From positions 2,688,001-2,752,000 of the forward strand of contig OY970223.1 of NCBI GenBank assembly GCA_963714015.1: a DNA stretch of 64,000 bases. The letters are read 5' to 3'. Shown here one piece after another: positions 8,735 to 17,925 of the stretch. The stretch's first letter is position 1; each line of letters opens with the position of its first letter. The position numbers and the translations under genes were made by a program. The stretch is from Vulcanimicrobiota bacterium (GTDB taxonomy: Bacteria > Vulcanimicrobiota > Vulcanimicrobiia > Vulcanimicrobiales > Vulcanimicrobiaceae). The notes beneath the pieces are model-generated. The model did no database searches, was not told where the DNA came from, and saw only the letters and a list, made by a program, of their open reading frames with translations.

Positions 8735-10317
8735 GTGACAGAGCGGACGGAGGTCCCGCGCAACGCGTGGAAGGGCACTGCCCCAATCGTGAAGTTGAAA
8801 AAGAGCGGCCAACTGCAAGGTCACGCGGCATGGGCCTATTTGGTCGTCAGCTCCGAGCAGCAAGCCGATACGCTCGACGATCAGCAGGCGTGGGCAGATC
8901 GCACCGCGCGCGCGCACGGCTGGGAGATCACGCGCTGGTTCAAGGACACGTCGACCGGCAAATCCGGCGCGCGCAAGCTGCTCGATGATCTCGTCGAAGC
9001 ACTGCGCGCCATGAAACCCGCCGAACGCCCAGCACGCGTGCTGATGACGCGCCTCGATCGCCTCGGGCGCGGCGATGGCCTCGAGCCCATCGAATACTTT
9101 GCGAAGATCCGTACGCTCGGCCCGGTAATTCATACCAGGGAAGACGGCGACAACGCGATCCATCGCGCGAGCGATGCGCTCAAGCCGATCCTGCGCGTCC
9201 TTACCGGTGCGCTCGAAAACGAAGCGCGTCGCGATAAGATGATCGAGAAGTGGCGGAACTGGAAAGCCGGCGGCCGCAAAGGTCTGCTCCGGCCCTACGG
9301 TATCGCTACTGACGAGCATGGCCATGACGTTGCCCTCGAGCCCCAAGCGGAGTTCGTCAGGAAGGCGTTTCAGCTGCGCGTCCAAGGGCTCGGGCACGTG
9401 GCGATAGGCAACTACCTACGCGAACACGCGCCGCCGATGATCTACAAAAACCCGCGCAAGAAACTCTCCGAGCATCGCATGCGCTGGACGCGCGGGAGCG
9501 TTCCGCAGATGCTGCGCAACGAAGCCTACCGGGGCGTTGTCGTCGACGAGGCGCTCTGGGATGAAGTGCAATTCGTACAGCGGTGGGTTCCGCCCAAAAA
9601 GACGGTCAAGTGGGAATGGCCGCTCTCCGGAACGCTCCGGTGTTACTGCGGGTACAGCATGACCGGTCAAGCCTCCGGTGGCAGCTGCAACCGCTGCAAA
9701 GGGCGCGACCATCGGCATGAGCGCGTTCGCTATTATGTCTGCTCTGAGCGTACGCACGTCGGCGTCGAGCCAACGCGTTCGAATCAAGGACCGCCAACCT
9801 CAAGTAAACCGCATTCGCGTTTCGTGCGGGCCGATTTACTCGAAGAGAAGTTCGCCGATCTGTTGAAGCAGATGGCCGGCTCCCGCAGCTCGTCGCACGA
9901 TTCGCGTCCGAGAAACGGTTGTCAGCGCGATCGCGACAAGCGCTCGAGGACCGTGTGCGCAAATTGGGCGACGTCGTCGCCGGCGCCGAACTACGCCGCG
10001 AACGCGTTTGGGCACTACACGAAAAGGGACACGTGCGGGACGAGGATCTACAGCAACGCCTCGACGCGATCTCCGTGGAAACCGGTGCGGCTAAGCAGGA
10101 ACTTACGCGGCTACGGGCCGAGATCGCGCAGCAGGAACGCATCGGCGGTGCCGCCCGGAGCGCCCTCGAAATGCTTCGGCGCGCGGCGCAGATTTGGGCC
10201 GATGCGGACGTTGAGGACAGGCAATTCATTGCAACCGCAGTCGCTCGATATTGCGGCGGATTGACGGTAACGGCGGATGGAACGCTGCAACCGGGACGCC
10301 TCGTCCAGACCGCTTAA
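8735..10317 (+). CDS. Large serine recombinase (phage integrase), frameshifted near 9880
   Basis: Resolvase domain (AYLVVSSEQQ, STG, TRLDRLGR), recombinase domain (PYG, LRNEAYRG), Zn ribbon (LSGTLRCYCG...YYVC), coiled-coil C-terminus in ORF 9919-10317. Confidence 0.9.
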
Positions 10318-10332
10318 AAGCGAACAAGAGTT

Positions 10333-10348
10333 CGTTCCACGTGAAACG
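10333..10348. promoter_or_regulatory. parS-like palindrome CGTTCCACGTGAAACG
   Basis: One mismatch to the GTTTCACGTGAAAC parS core. Confidence 0.5.
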
Positions 10349-10501
10349 GTGACAGAGTGTGGTCTCCTCCGAATTGCCGCCAGCGTACTTGACTTTGAAA
10401 ACATGCGCGAGATCAATACGCTTCGCGACGTTCAGATGGCGCAGCGTAAAGCAGACAACTCCATTACGAAGAAATTCATCCAGTCGATCGCGGAAGACTA
10501 A
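10349..10501 (+). pseudogene. 3' remnant of a small host gene probably interrupted by the prophage (possible phage-supplied GTG at 10349)
   Basis: MREINTLRDVQMAQRKADNSITKKFIQSI aligns by eye with the C-terminus of the downstream 99-aa ORF but has no matching N-terminus. Confidence 0.55.
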
Positions 10502-10800
10502 TGCGCGCGGAGAGTGTTTCATCGAGCCGGCCGGGTGTGGGAAAAACGAGCGCCGGCAAGACCGCGGCTTCCAAGGCGCCGGACGCGGACGCAGCGTCCG
10601 CGCTAACCGACGGGATGGATCGCGAGCAGGCTAAGGAAGTCCGCCTCGAGCTGCTTCTGCAGCGCCAGCGCGACCGCTTCGACTTTCAGACCGAGGAGCG
10701 CACGGAACTCGAACGCGAGTACAATACGATGCGAGATATGATGCTCGCGCAGGAGAAAAACGACGACGAGATCGTCAAGAAGTACGTCGCGATGATTTAG
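10501..10800 (+). CDS. Hypothetical coiled-coil protein
   Basis: 99-aa ORF, TAATG overlap with the upstream remnant. Confidence 0.7.
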   Translation: MRAESVSSSRPGVGKTSAGKTAASKAPDADAASALTDGMDREQAKEVRLELLLQRQRDRFDFQTEERTELEREYNTMRDMMLAQEKNDDEIVKKYVAMI

Positions 10801-10883
10801 CCCGCGGCCGCTTCTCAAGAGGGAGGCCGGGGCTTGCGCCCCGTGGTAGAATCGGTTCTGCGGGCAGCCCCCGCGCCCGCGCC

Positions 10884-10960
10884 GGGCCATTAGCTCAGTT
10901 GGTTAGAGCGCATGCTTGATAAGCATGAGGTCCCAAGTTCGAGCCTTGGATGGCCCACCA
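10884..10960 (+). tRNA. tRNA-Ile(GAT)
   Basis: Cloverleaf, anticodon arm CATGC-TTGATAA-GCATG, encoded CCA. Confidence 0.97.
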
Positions 10961-11103
10961 GTTCCAAAGCCCCGCAGCGCTGCGGGGCTTCGCATTTCGC
11001 GCGAGCTTCCAAACGCGGCGGCGTATCGATTGACGCTCGCCCCGGGACCCGGTAAACTACCCCGCGCTGGGACATTTGGCCTATAGCCACGAATGATAAT
11101 ACG

Positions 11104-11325
11104 ATGGCGAAAGATCGGATTACGGCAAGGGGAGAGCCCGACCCGAACAAATGCTACCGCAGTGTCTGCTGCAATACCGTAAATTTTACCGCGGCAAAGC
11201 GCCGCGATGCGGCCGTCGTGAAAGGCTTTTGCAGCGTCGAATGCGCCTGGTGGTGCGGCTTCATCGTCACCCCCGAAGTGCGAGAGCGCTTGCTGGACAA
11301 AGCCAAAGTCGCAGTTAAAAAGTAA
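11104..11325 (+). CDS. Small Cys-containing hypothetical protein
   Basis: 73 aa, C..CC and FCSVEC motifs. Confidence 0.6.
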   Translation: MAKDRITARGEPDPNKCYRSVCCNTVNFTAAKRRDAAVVKGFCSVECAWWCGFIVTPEVRERLLDKAKVAVKK

Positions 11326-11326
11326 G

Positions 11327-11806
11327 CTAACTCTTCTCGGATTGCGCGAGCAGCGGCGCTATCAATTCTGCGACGCGCTCGAGCACGTTGCGATCGCGGT
11401 CACCGAACGCATTGAGCCGATCGCTCTCTGCGTCGATCGTGCCTACGACTTGGCCGCCGCTGTGCGCTAAGACGATCATTTCCGATCGCGTGTCTCCAAA
11501 CGCCGTCAAGTAGTTCGGATCGTTTTTCACATCGCCGGCGACGACCGTCTTTTCTTGGCGAAGCGCTTCGCCGGTAAGACCGCGATCGCGCGAGAATACG
11601 GGGTGCGCCGGCGGATGCGGTCCGCTAAAGACGAGCATGCGAACTTGAGCCGGCGTGACCTCGTAGATTCCCACCCAGCGGTAGTTGCCTGCGGCATGGA
11701 TATCCGCGGCTAGTGCACGTAGCCGCTCCCGGCGAGAACCGTTGTCTGCGACGATTTCCCGAACGTGAGCTTCGAGCGTAGAAAGGTCGATGAAATGCTT
11801 GGTCAT
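11327..11806 (-). CDS. GAF-domain protein (fRMsr/YebR-like)
   Basis: WVGIY, DVKNDPNYL, TRSEMIV, GTIDAES. Confidence 0.8.
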   Translation of the reverse strand: MTKHFIDLSTLEAHVREIVADNGSRRERLRALAADIHAAGNYRWVGIYEVTPAQVRMLVFSGPHPPAHPVFSRDRGLTGEALRQEKTVVAGDVKNDPNYLTAFGDTRSEMIVLAHSGGQVVGTIDAESDRLNAFGDRDRNVLERVAELIAPLLAQSEKS

Positions 11807-11873
11807 GGGATAAATCTTCGCCAAGGCAGAAGGTCGGGCACTGCTGCGGCGCCGAACGGGCGGCGGTCGATTC

Positions 11874-11946
11874 GGGGATGTAGCTCAGCTGGTAGAGCGC
11901 CTGCTTTGCAAGCAGGATGTCAGGGGTTCGAGTCCCCTCATCTCCA
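11874..11946 (+). tRNA. tRNA-Ala(TGC)
   Basis: GGGGATG acceptor, anticodon loop TTTGCAA. Confidence 0.97.
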
Positions 11947-11991
11947 CAGGTCTGAAGCGGCCCGCGTGGAATGAACGCGGGTCCTTTCGCA

Positions 11992-12064
11992 GGGGGCATA
12001 GCTCAGTTGGTAGAGCATTACGCTGGCAGCGTAAGGGTCAGGAGTTCGAGTCTCCTTGCCTCCA
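11992..12064 (+). tRNA. tRNA-Ala(GGC)
   Basis: Cloverleaf, anticodon loop CTGGCAG. Confidence 0.95.
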
Positions 12065-12139
12065 CAAAATTCCAAGGGAAATCCCTCGGTCTATACCGGG
12101 GGATTGTTCGTTCGAGCGCACACTCGATTTAGGCCGGCG

Positions 12140-12979
12140 CTATTCGCGCTTTGCTGCGAGCTCGGCGGTTCTCACCGCGCGCGCAGCGACATCCGAGACC
12201 CCGAGCTTCTCACAGAGCGACGCAAATTCGGCCGTTGGACCGTGCCACCGCAATTCGTCGACGCCGTCAAAGAGTCTCGCATCGGTTCGAAGCGTCGCCA
12301 AGTTCTTGAAGAGTAAGGCCAGCGCGCGGCTTTCGCCGAGCACCTCCGGCGGGAAATCCTCGATTTTGCCGTACCGCGTAAGCAGTGACGACGCGCCTTT
12401 TGCTCCGATGCCCTTGATGCCGGGATATCCGTCGGAAGCATCGCCGACGAGGGCCAAATAATCCGGTATGAGTTGGGGATCGACTCCGAATTTCGAGCGT
12501 ACGCCGGCCGCATCGCGAACGGCGTTGCTTCGTCGATCCACTTGCACGATGCGATCCCGGCAAACGCACTGCGAAAGATCTTTATCCGGCGTCCAGATGC
12601 AAATTTTTTCAACGCGAGCATCGTTCGCTGCGATCTGCGCGGCTGACGCGAGCGCATCGTCGGCCTCGAGGTCGACCATCGCCCAGACCGCGATGCCCAT
12701 CGCTCCCAAGGCAACCTCGAGCGGCTCGAATTGCGCCAGGAGTGCCGGCTCGACGCCCGCGCCCGTCTTGTATCCGTCCCAAAGCCCGTTGCGAAAAGAT
12801 TCGATGACGTGATCGGTAGCGACGCCGACGTGCGTGGCGCCCTCGGAAATCATCTGCAAGACGGTATTGAGCACCCCGGCCACGGCGCCGAACCGGGCGC
12901 CTTTACGGCTCCCGGCGCGGCTCAGGCCGTAAAAGTGGCGGAACAGCTCGTACGTTCCGTCGATTAGGTGCACGATCAT
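12140..12979 (-). CDS. 5'-3' exonuclease / flap endonuclease
   Basis: LIDG, EADD, DKDL, LVGDASDGYPGIKGIG (H3TH). Confidence 0.9.
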   Translation of the reverse strand: MIVHLIDGTYELFRHFYGLSRAGSRKGARFGAVAGVLNTVLQMISEGATHVGVATDHVIESFRNGLWDGYKTGAGVEPALLAQFEPLEVALGAMGIAVWAMVDLEADDALASAAQIAANDARVEKICIWTPDKDLSQCVCRDRIVQVDRRSNAVRDAAGVRSKFGVDPQLIPDYLALVGDASDGYPGIKGIGAKGASSLLTRYGKIEDFPPEVLGESRALALLFKNLATLRTDARLFDGVDELRWHGPTAEFASLCEKLGVSDVAARAVRTAELAAKRE

Positions 12980-13104
12980 GCGTTTGCCTTCATAAGCCGG
13001 CGAGTTGCGCCGGATTCACCAGGCCGTCTCCTCTTCTGCGCAGCGCGTAAGCGGGCCACTGCAACGTGTGACTGCTGCCGGGCCGGTGGTATGACCGAGC
13101 CACT

Positions 13105-14007
13105 ATGCGATGCATCCACTTTCTCTCCTCGCGTCCGCGCGTCGTTCTTCGTTCAGCATTAGCGGCATCAGCTTTGGCACTTGCCGCATGCAGCGGAGGC
13201 GGCAGCAGCATCGTGGGGCCCATCTCGAACTTCGGCCCTGGCGGAAACGCCGCGCAGGTGCGCTTCGTCAACGGTTCGCCGGACGCCGGTCCGGTTCAAG
13301 TCTCCCTGGACAATCAACAGCAATTCTGCACAAGCGGCGCAACGGGATCGGCCTGCGCGCTCAATTACGGAACGGTTACCGGTTACATCGTCAATCTCAA
13401 CGCCGGAAGCCACGCCATCGTACTTCGCGATCAAAACAACAACACAATCACCATTCCGAATGCCACCGTTGCCGTTAACAGCGGCTATCGATACACTATT
13501 GCACTGGTTGGTGAGACGCATCCGTCCGCATCGGGGCATGCTCTGGGCGTGGTGACGATTCAGGAACAGCCGTTCAGCACGCCGTCGGGCGGAAGCGCGG
13601 TGAACTTCAACAACGCCTCGCCGTCGGAAACTGCCGCGGCCGGCGGTCACGTGCAATTTGGGTACGCCACCGCGAACTCCACGGCTCCGGTCAACGTGGG
13701 CGCTCCAATCGGCGTGGGGGCCGAAACCAATCCGTCCGCCGGTGGAATTCCGTCCAGCAGCCTCAACGTCCCGATCACGTTTTTCGCCTCTTCGCAGGCC
13801 TCGGGCATCACCGTCACGCCTAGCCAAATTGACGCCGCAAACTGCAGCAGCAACGCGCTCCCGTGCGGCAACAACGAAATGAATCTCTCGCTGTACTTGA
13901 TCGATGGTCCGGCCGATTCGACGACGCCGATAGCGGGACCGTATCCCATAGGATTCAGTACCTCCACGAAGGCGGGATTCGTGGGCGCGTTCGACCCGAA
14001 CGGTTAG
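13105..14007 (+). CDS. DUF4397-domain lipoprotein
   Basis: LAAC lipobox; AQVRFVNGSPDAGPV motif. Confidence 0.75.
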   Translation: MRCIHFLSSRPRVVLRSALAASALALAACSGGGSSIVGPISNFGPGGNAAQVRFVNGSPDAGPVQVSLDNQQQFCTSGATGSACALNYGTVTGYIVNLNAGSHAIVLRDQNNNTITIPNATVAVNSGYRYTIALVGETHPSASGHALGVVTIQEQPFSTPSGGSAVNFNNASPSETAAAGGHVQFGYATANSTAPVNVGAPIGVGAETNPSAGGIPSSSLNVPITFFASSQASGITVTPSQIDAANCSSNALPCGNNEMNLSLYLIDGPADSTTPIAGPYPIGFSTSTKAGFVGAFDPNG

Positions 14008-14042
14008 TCGGACGCAGCCGGCTGTGGTATACTGCGCTGCGC

Positions 14043-14433
14043 GGAGTACGCCGGACGGCCGCGCGTCCTAGCGACGTGAGGAAAGTCCGGGCTTCACAGG
14101 GCAGGGTGCAGGATAACGTCCTGTCGAGGTGACTCGAAGGAAAGTGCCACAGAAACATACCGCCCCAGCCTGCTGGGGCGATTTGGGGCCACCGCTCAGA
14201 GGTCCCCAAATTGCCTCATCAAGTTGGGGTAAGGGTGAAATCGTGAGGTAAGAGCTCACGGAGCCGCACGGAGACGTGCGCTCGGGTAAACCCCACCCGA
14301 AGCAAGACACGCTCGATATCAACGGACGGCCCGTCCGCACGAGCCAAGTCGCATCCAGGTGCGCGGTAACGCGCGCCGCAGAGAGATGGCCGTCGCCCTC
14401 AACGGTACAGAATCCGGCTTATAGGCGTACTCC
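14043..14433 (+). ncRNA. rnpB: RNase P RNA
   Basis: GAGGAAAGTCCGGGC, AGTGCCACAGAAA, GGTAAACCCC, CAGAATCCGGCTTA; P1 helix GGAGTACGCC/GGCGTACTCC. Confidence 0.97.
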
Positions 14434-14458
14434 GCGCCCGTCACGTACTTTAATACCA

Positions 14459-16166
14459 ATGAACTCGAAGCTGTGGCGCGCGCTCATGCTGGCGCTGATA
14501 ATCGGGGCCGCGCTTTTTGCCGCGTTCGGATCGTACGTCGAGGTTTCGAACGATGAGTTCGGGTTGAGTATGCTTCCCTCGGCGCACACGTCAGCGTACG
14601 TGGTACGCGACGTCGATTCGAAATCAGCCGCGGACCGCGCGGGCATTCGTCCCGGCGATACCGTCGCGCCCGTGAAGCATGATTTTCTAAGCCGTGCTAC
14701 GCTGGCATACCCGGCGCGCGGTGCGAAGGTCATGGTGCTGGTGAACGGAATCCGCCGGGTTACACTGATCGAGACCAAGAGCGACCCGGCGTACACGAAC
14801 TTACCGTATACGATCGTGCGATTGTGCTTTCTCGCCGTTGCCGCGCTGCTGGCATGGCGCCGCCCCGACGATCGAAGCACGCGGATGCTCGTATGGTTTT
14901 TGTTCACGATCGGACTCGGAATCGCGCTGAACAATCACGAGTTCGGATCGCCGGTGCTGTCCGTAATCGTGCTGCAGATGGGCTCTGTCTCGCTGCTTCT
15001 GTTCTCGTTCGGCGCCGGAGCACGTTTCGCCGCAACGTTCCCCGAGGGCACCGCCAAGGGAATGCCGCGGATATTGGCGGCCCTCACGACCGCAATAACG
15101 ACCCTCGGAATACTTTGTTTGGCTGCGACCGTACTCGGCATACTGCCCGATCGGGCCCGCCCGCTGACCGCCGCGGCTGTGACCTTGGCTTTCTTGATCG
15201 CGATTGTGATGCTCGTCGCGATCTTGATCGAACGCTATGCAAATACGCGCGCGGAAGACCGCCGGCGGCGCCAGTGGATATTTTTGATACTCGGCCTGGG
15301 ACTTGCCGGACCCGCCGTGGACCTTGCATTTCAGCTGTTTGCGTCGTTCAATCAAACGGCCGATGAATTAGGGTCGCTCTCGCTGCTGATCATTCCGTTC
15401 GGCCTGGCATACGTAATTTTGCGGCACCGCGTCATCGACGTCGGATTCGTGCTCAACCGTGCTGCGGTGTATGGATTGATGTCGATTGTCATCGTCGGGA
15501 TCTTCGTAGTCGTCGAGACGCTGCTGGCAAAATACGTCGAAAACAGCAGCCATGTCACCAGCACCGCGGTGCAGCTTGCCGTCGCTCTGGGACTCGGATT
15601 CTCAATTCGGGCGATGCACGCGCGCGTCGATCGATTCGTCGACACGGTGCTCTTCCGCGAACGTCATGAAGCCGAAGCGGCGATTCGCAACTTCGCACAC
15701 GACGCGCCGTACATCACCGACGGCCCCACGCTCGGCAAACGCTGCGTCGAAACCGCACTGCGCTATGCCGGCACGTCGAATGCGGGGATATGGATGCGCG
15801 GGGAGATGGACGCCTACGTGCCGGTGGAATCGACGTTCCGTCCAAGTGTTCCGGTCAATGAAAACGACCCCGCAATCGTCGCCATGCGCGCCCGCCGCAT
15901 CGTCGTCGAACTGGGTGAGGATTCGAGCAGTTTGCCCGGTGCGCTCGCATTCCCGATGATCGTGCGCGGCGAGCTGCTTGGTTTGCTGGTCTGCGGCGGG
16001 AAAGCGCATGGAGAGACATACGCACCGGACGAACGCGACGCGTTGGAGGCGATGGCGCTGGCGGTCGGCCACTCCTACGATGCCCTGGAGATTAGGGGAG
16101 CTGCGCCGTCGCCTCCAAGCGCCGGAGGGAAGTTTCGCAACCGGCGGGGCCTTGGGTATGTCCTAG
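14459..16166 (+). CDS. Membrane protein with PDZ-like, multi-TM and GAF domains (frameshift near 16097)
   Basis: SAADRAGIRPGD PDZ-like motif, many TM helices, LAFPMIVRGELLGLL GAF; natural end in ORF 15978-16166. Confidence 0.7.
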
Positions 16167-16204
16167 GCGAAGGGTCTTCCCCGCCAAGGAGTAGTTTTTC
16201 AACT

Positions 16205-16609
16205 GTGAGCGACAAACGTTTTACCCCTGAGATGACCGTCGATCAGGCCTTTAAATTGCACGCAGGCGCCCGGCGGGTCTTCGCCCGTTTTCACCTGGGC
16301 GGTTGCTCGAACTGCGCGATCAGCGAGTCGCATACCATCGGCGCAGTCAGCGAAGATTACGGTATCCCGCTGCCGATGCTGCTGGATAGTTTGAACGCGC
16401 TATGGGATCAGGGCGGGCTTTCGGTCGGCGACAAAGTGCGAATTCCGGAAGAAATCCGCTCCAAGATACCGCAGCTAGCCAACGTCCCGGAGATCGGTGA
16501 GATCAAGAGCGTCGAAGCGGGGGCATACACGGCCGAATTCGGCGACGTTCGCCTGCAAGGTTTGGCCGAGGACTTCCTGCCGGTCGTGGCGGACGTTACG
16601 CCCGCCTAG
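16205..16609 (+). CDS. DUF1858-like protein
   Basis: AAGGAG RBS then GTG; FTPEMTV...VFARFHLGGCSNC. Confidence 0.7.
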   Translation: MSDKRFTPEMTVDQAFKLHAGARRVFARFHLGGCSNCAISESHTIGAVSEDYGIPLPMLLDSLNALWDQGGLSVGDKVRIPEEIRSKIPQLANVPEIGEIKSVEAGAYTAEFGDVRLQGLAEDFLPVVADVTPA

Positions 16610-16620
16610 CGTTCCCGAAC

Positions 16621-17019
16621 TTAATCGATCGCCTTGCGGTCGGTGTAGCCTTCGTCCATGGCGTGCCAGTGGGCGATGCGGGGCTCGCCCGCCTTCCAGC
16701 AGAGATAGATGGCGCGCCCTTCGCGCATGGACGGAAAGTCGACCAAGCCGAGATCGATGTCTTTGACGATGCAGCCGTATGCTTCGATGCGGTTGATGAT
16801 GCGCACGATCTCCGCCTTTTGTTCGCTGAACCGTCCGGGCGCAAACGGCGAGCGAGGCGTGGCCATGCGCGAATGCGGCGCCGGTTCGATGCCGCGCAGG
16901 ACCGGATCGTTTTCCAGAAGTCTAATCGCCAAGTCGCGCCGCTTCGTCCACAGCTCTTCCATGAGCGGGGCAACCTTCGGGATGAGGGCGTTGGCCTTTT
17001 CGGGCGAAAAGAGTTTCAT
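16621..17019 (-). CDS. DUF2203-family protein
   Basis: KDIDLGLVDFP...YLCWKAGE..I.HWH. Confidence 0.85.
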   Translation of the reverse strand: MKLFSPEKANALIPKVAPLMEELWTKRRDLAIRLLENDPVLRGIEPAPHSRMATPRSPFAPGRFSEQKAEIVRIINRIEAYGCIVKDIDLGLVDFPSMREGRAIYLCWKAGEPRIAHWHAMDEGYTDRKAID

Positions 17020-17046
17020 GGACTTTGAACGCTCCGGGCGGTGCGG

Positions 17047-17925
17047 ATGACGCGGCTTGTCTTCGTGACCGGACTCTCGGGCGCCGGTAGGAGCCAGGCG
17101 ATGAAGACCTTGGAAGACTTGGGCTTTTACTGTGTAGATAACCTTCCTCCGAAGCTCGTTTGGCAAACCCTCTCGCTCCTGCGCGACGCGCAGATTCGCG
17201 AGGTTGCAATCGCGCTCGACGTCCGCAGCGGCGGCGCGCTCGGCGAGGCGGTACCGCTACTAACGGAGATATCGCGTAACGGAGCGCTCAGTGACTCTTC
17301 GCGAGCCGCCGCACCGGAGATTTTATTTCTAGACGCGCGCGACGATCTGCTGGTCCGCCGGTACAGCGAGACGCGCAGACGCCACCCGTTCGCTTCGAGC
17401 GGGTCCGTGCGAGAGGCAATTGCGATCGAACGATCCACGCTGGCTCCGTTGCGCGCCGTAGCAACCCAGGTCATCGATACCACGAACCTGACGCACGCGG
17501 CCCTGAAGGAGCGACTCGCTTCGGCTTTCGAGCCCTCGCATCCGGAGCGCCAGCTCACGGTGACAATCGTGGCCTTTGGATTCAAGTACGGGCTCCCTCT
17601 CGATCTCGACATGCTCTTCGACGTGCGATTCTTACAGAATCCGAATTACGTCGAGGCGCTGCGGCCGCTCACGGGTGCGGACCCCGCCGTCGAGAAGTAC
17701 ATAGAAAACGATCCTTCCACCGCACCGTTCCTCGAACGTCTCTTCGATATGATGGACTACTTGACGCCCCGTTTCCTGACCGAAGGCAAATCCCAAGCAA
17801 TGATCGGCATAGGGTGCACGGGCGGCCGCCATCGCTCGATCTACGTTGCCCGCAGGCTGTGCGCCCATTTAGAAACCGCCGGCCTGGCCGACGTCTATCT
17901 CGAGACTCGGGACACGACGCGATGA
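17047..17925 (+). CDS. rapZ: RNase adapter RapZ/YvcJ
   Basis: TGLSGAG, CVDNLP, RRYSETRRRHP, FGFKYG, GCTGGRHRS. Confidence 0.95.
   Translation: MTRLVFVTGLSGAGRSQAMKTLEDLGFYCVDNLPPKLVWQTLSLLRDAQIREVAIALDVRSGGALGEAVPLLTEISRNGALSDSSRAAAPEILFLDARDDLLVRRYSETRRRHPFASSGSVREAIAIERSTLAPLRAVATQVIDTTNLTHAALKERLASAFEPSHPERQLTVTIVAFGFKYGLPLDLDMLFDVRFLQNPNYVEALRPLTGADPAVEKYIENDPSTAPFLERLFDMMDYLTPRFLTEGKSQAMIGIGCTGGRHRSIYVARRLCAHLETAGLADVYLETRDTTR

Larger units (their letters stand above)
1..10400. mobile_element. Prophage, right arm (replication, recombination, immunity and integration modules); left end outside window
   Basis: Co-oriented, tightly overlapping phage-type genes, a divergent cro/cI pair and a terminal large serine recombinase; right boundary inferred from the 5'-truncated host gene at ~10400. 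Confidence 0.9.

Noticed and set aside
10884..10960. tRNA-Ile as the prophage attachment site
   Set aside because: Host-like genes lie between the integrase and the tRNA, no duplicated tRNA 3' end is seen, and the truncated gene at ~10400 is a better candidate.
14276..16609. 777-aa sensor-DUF1858 fusion
   Set aside because: The start lies inside rnpB, and the junction is explained by an extra G; the downstream gene has its own AAGGAG RBS and GTG.
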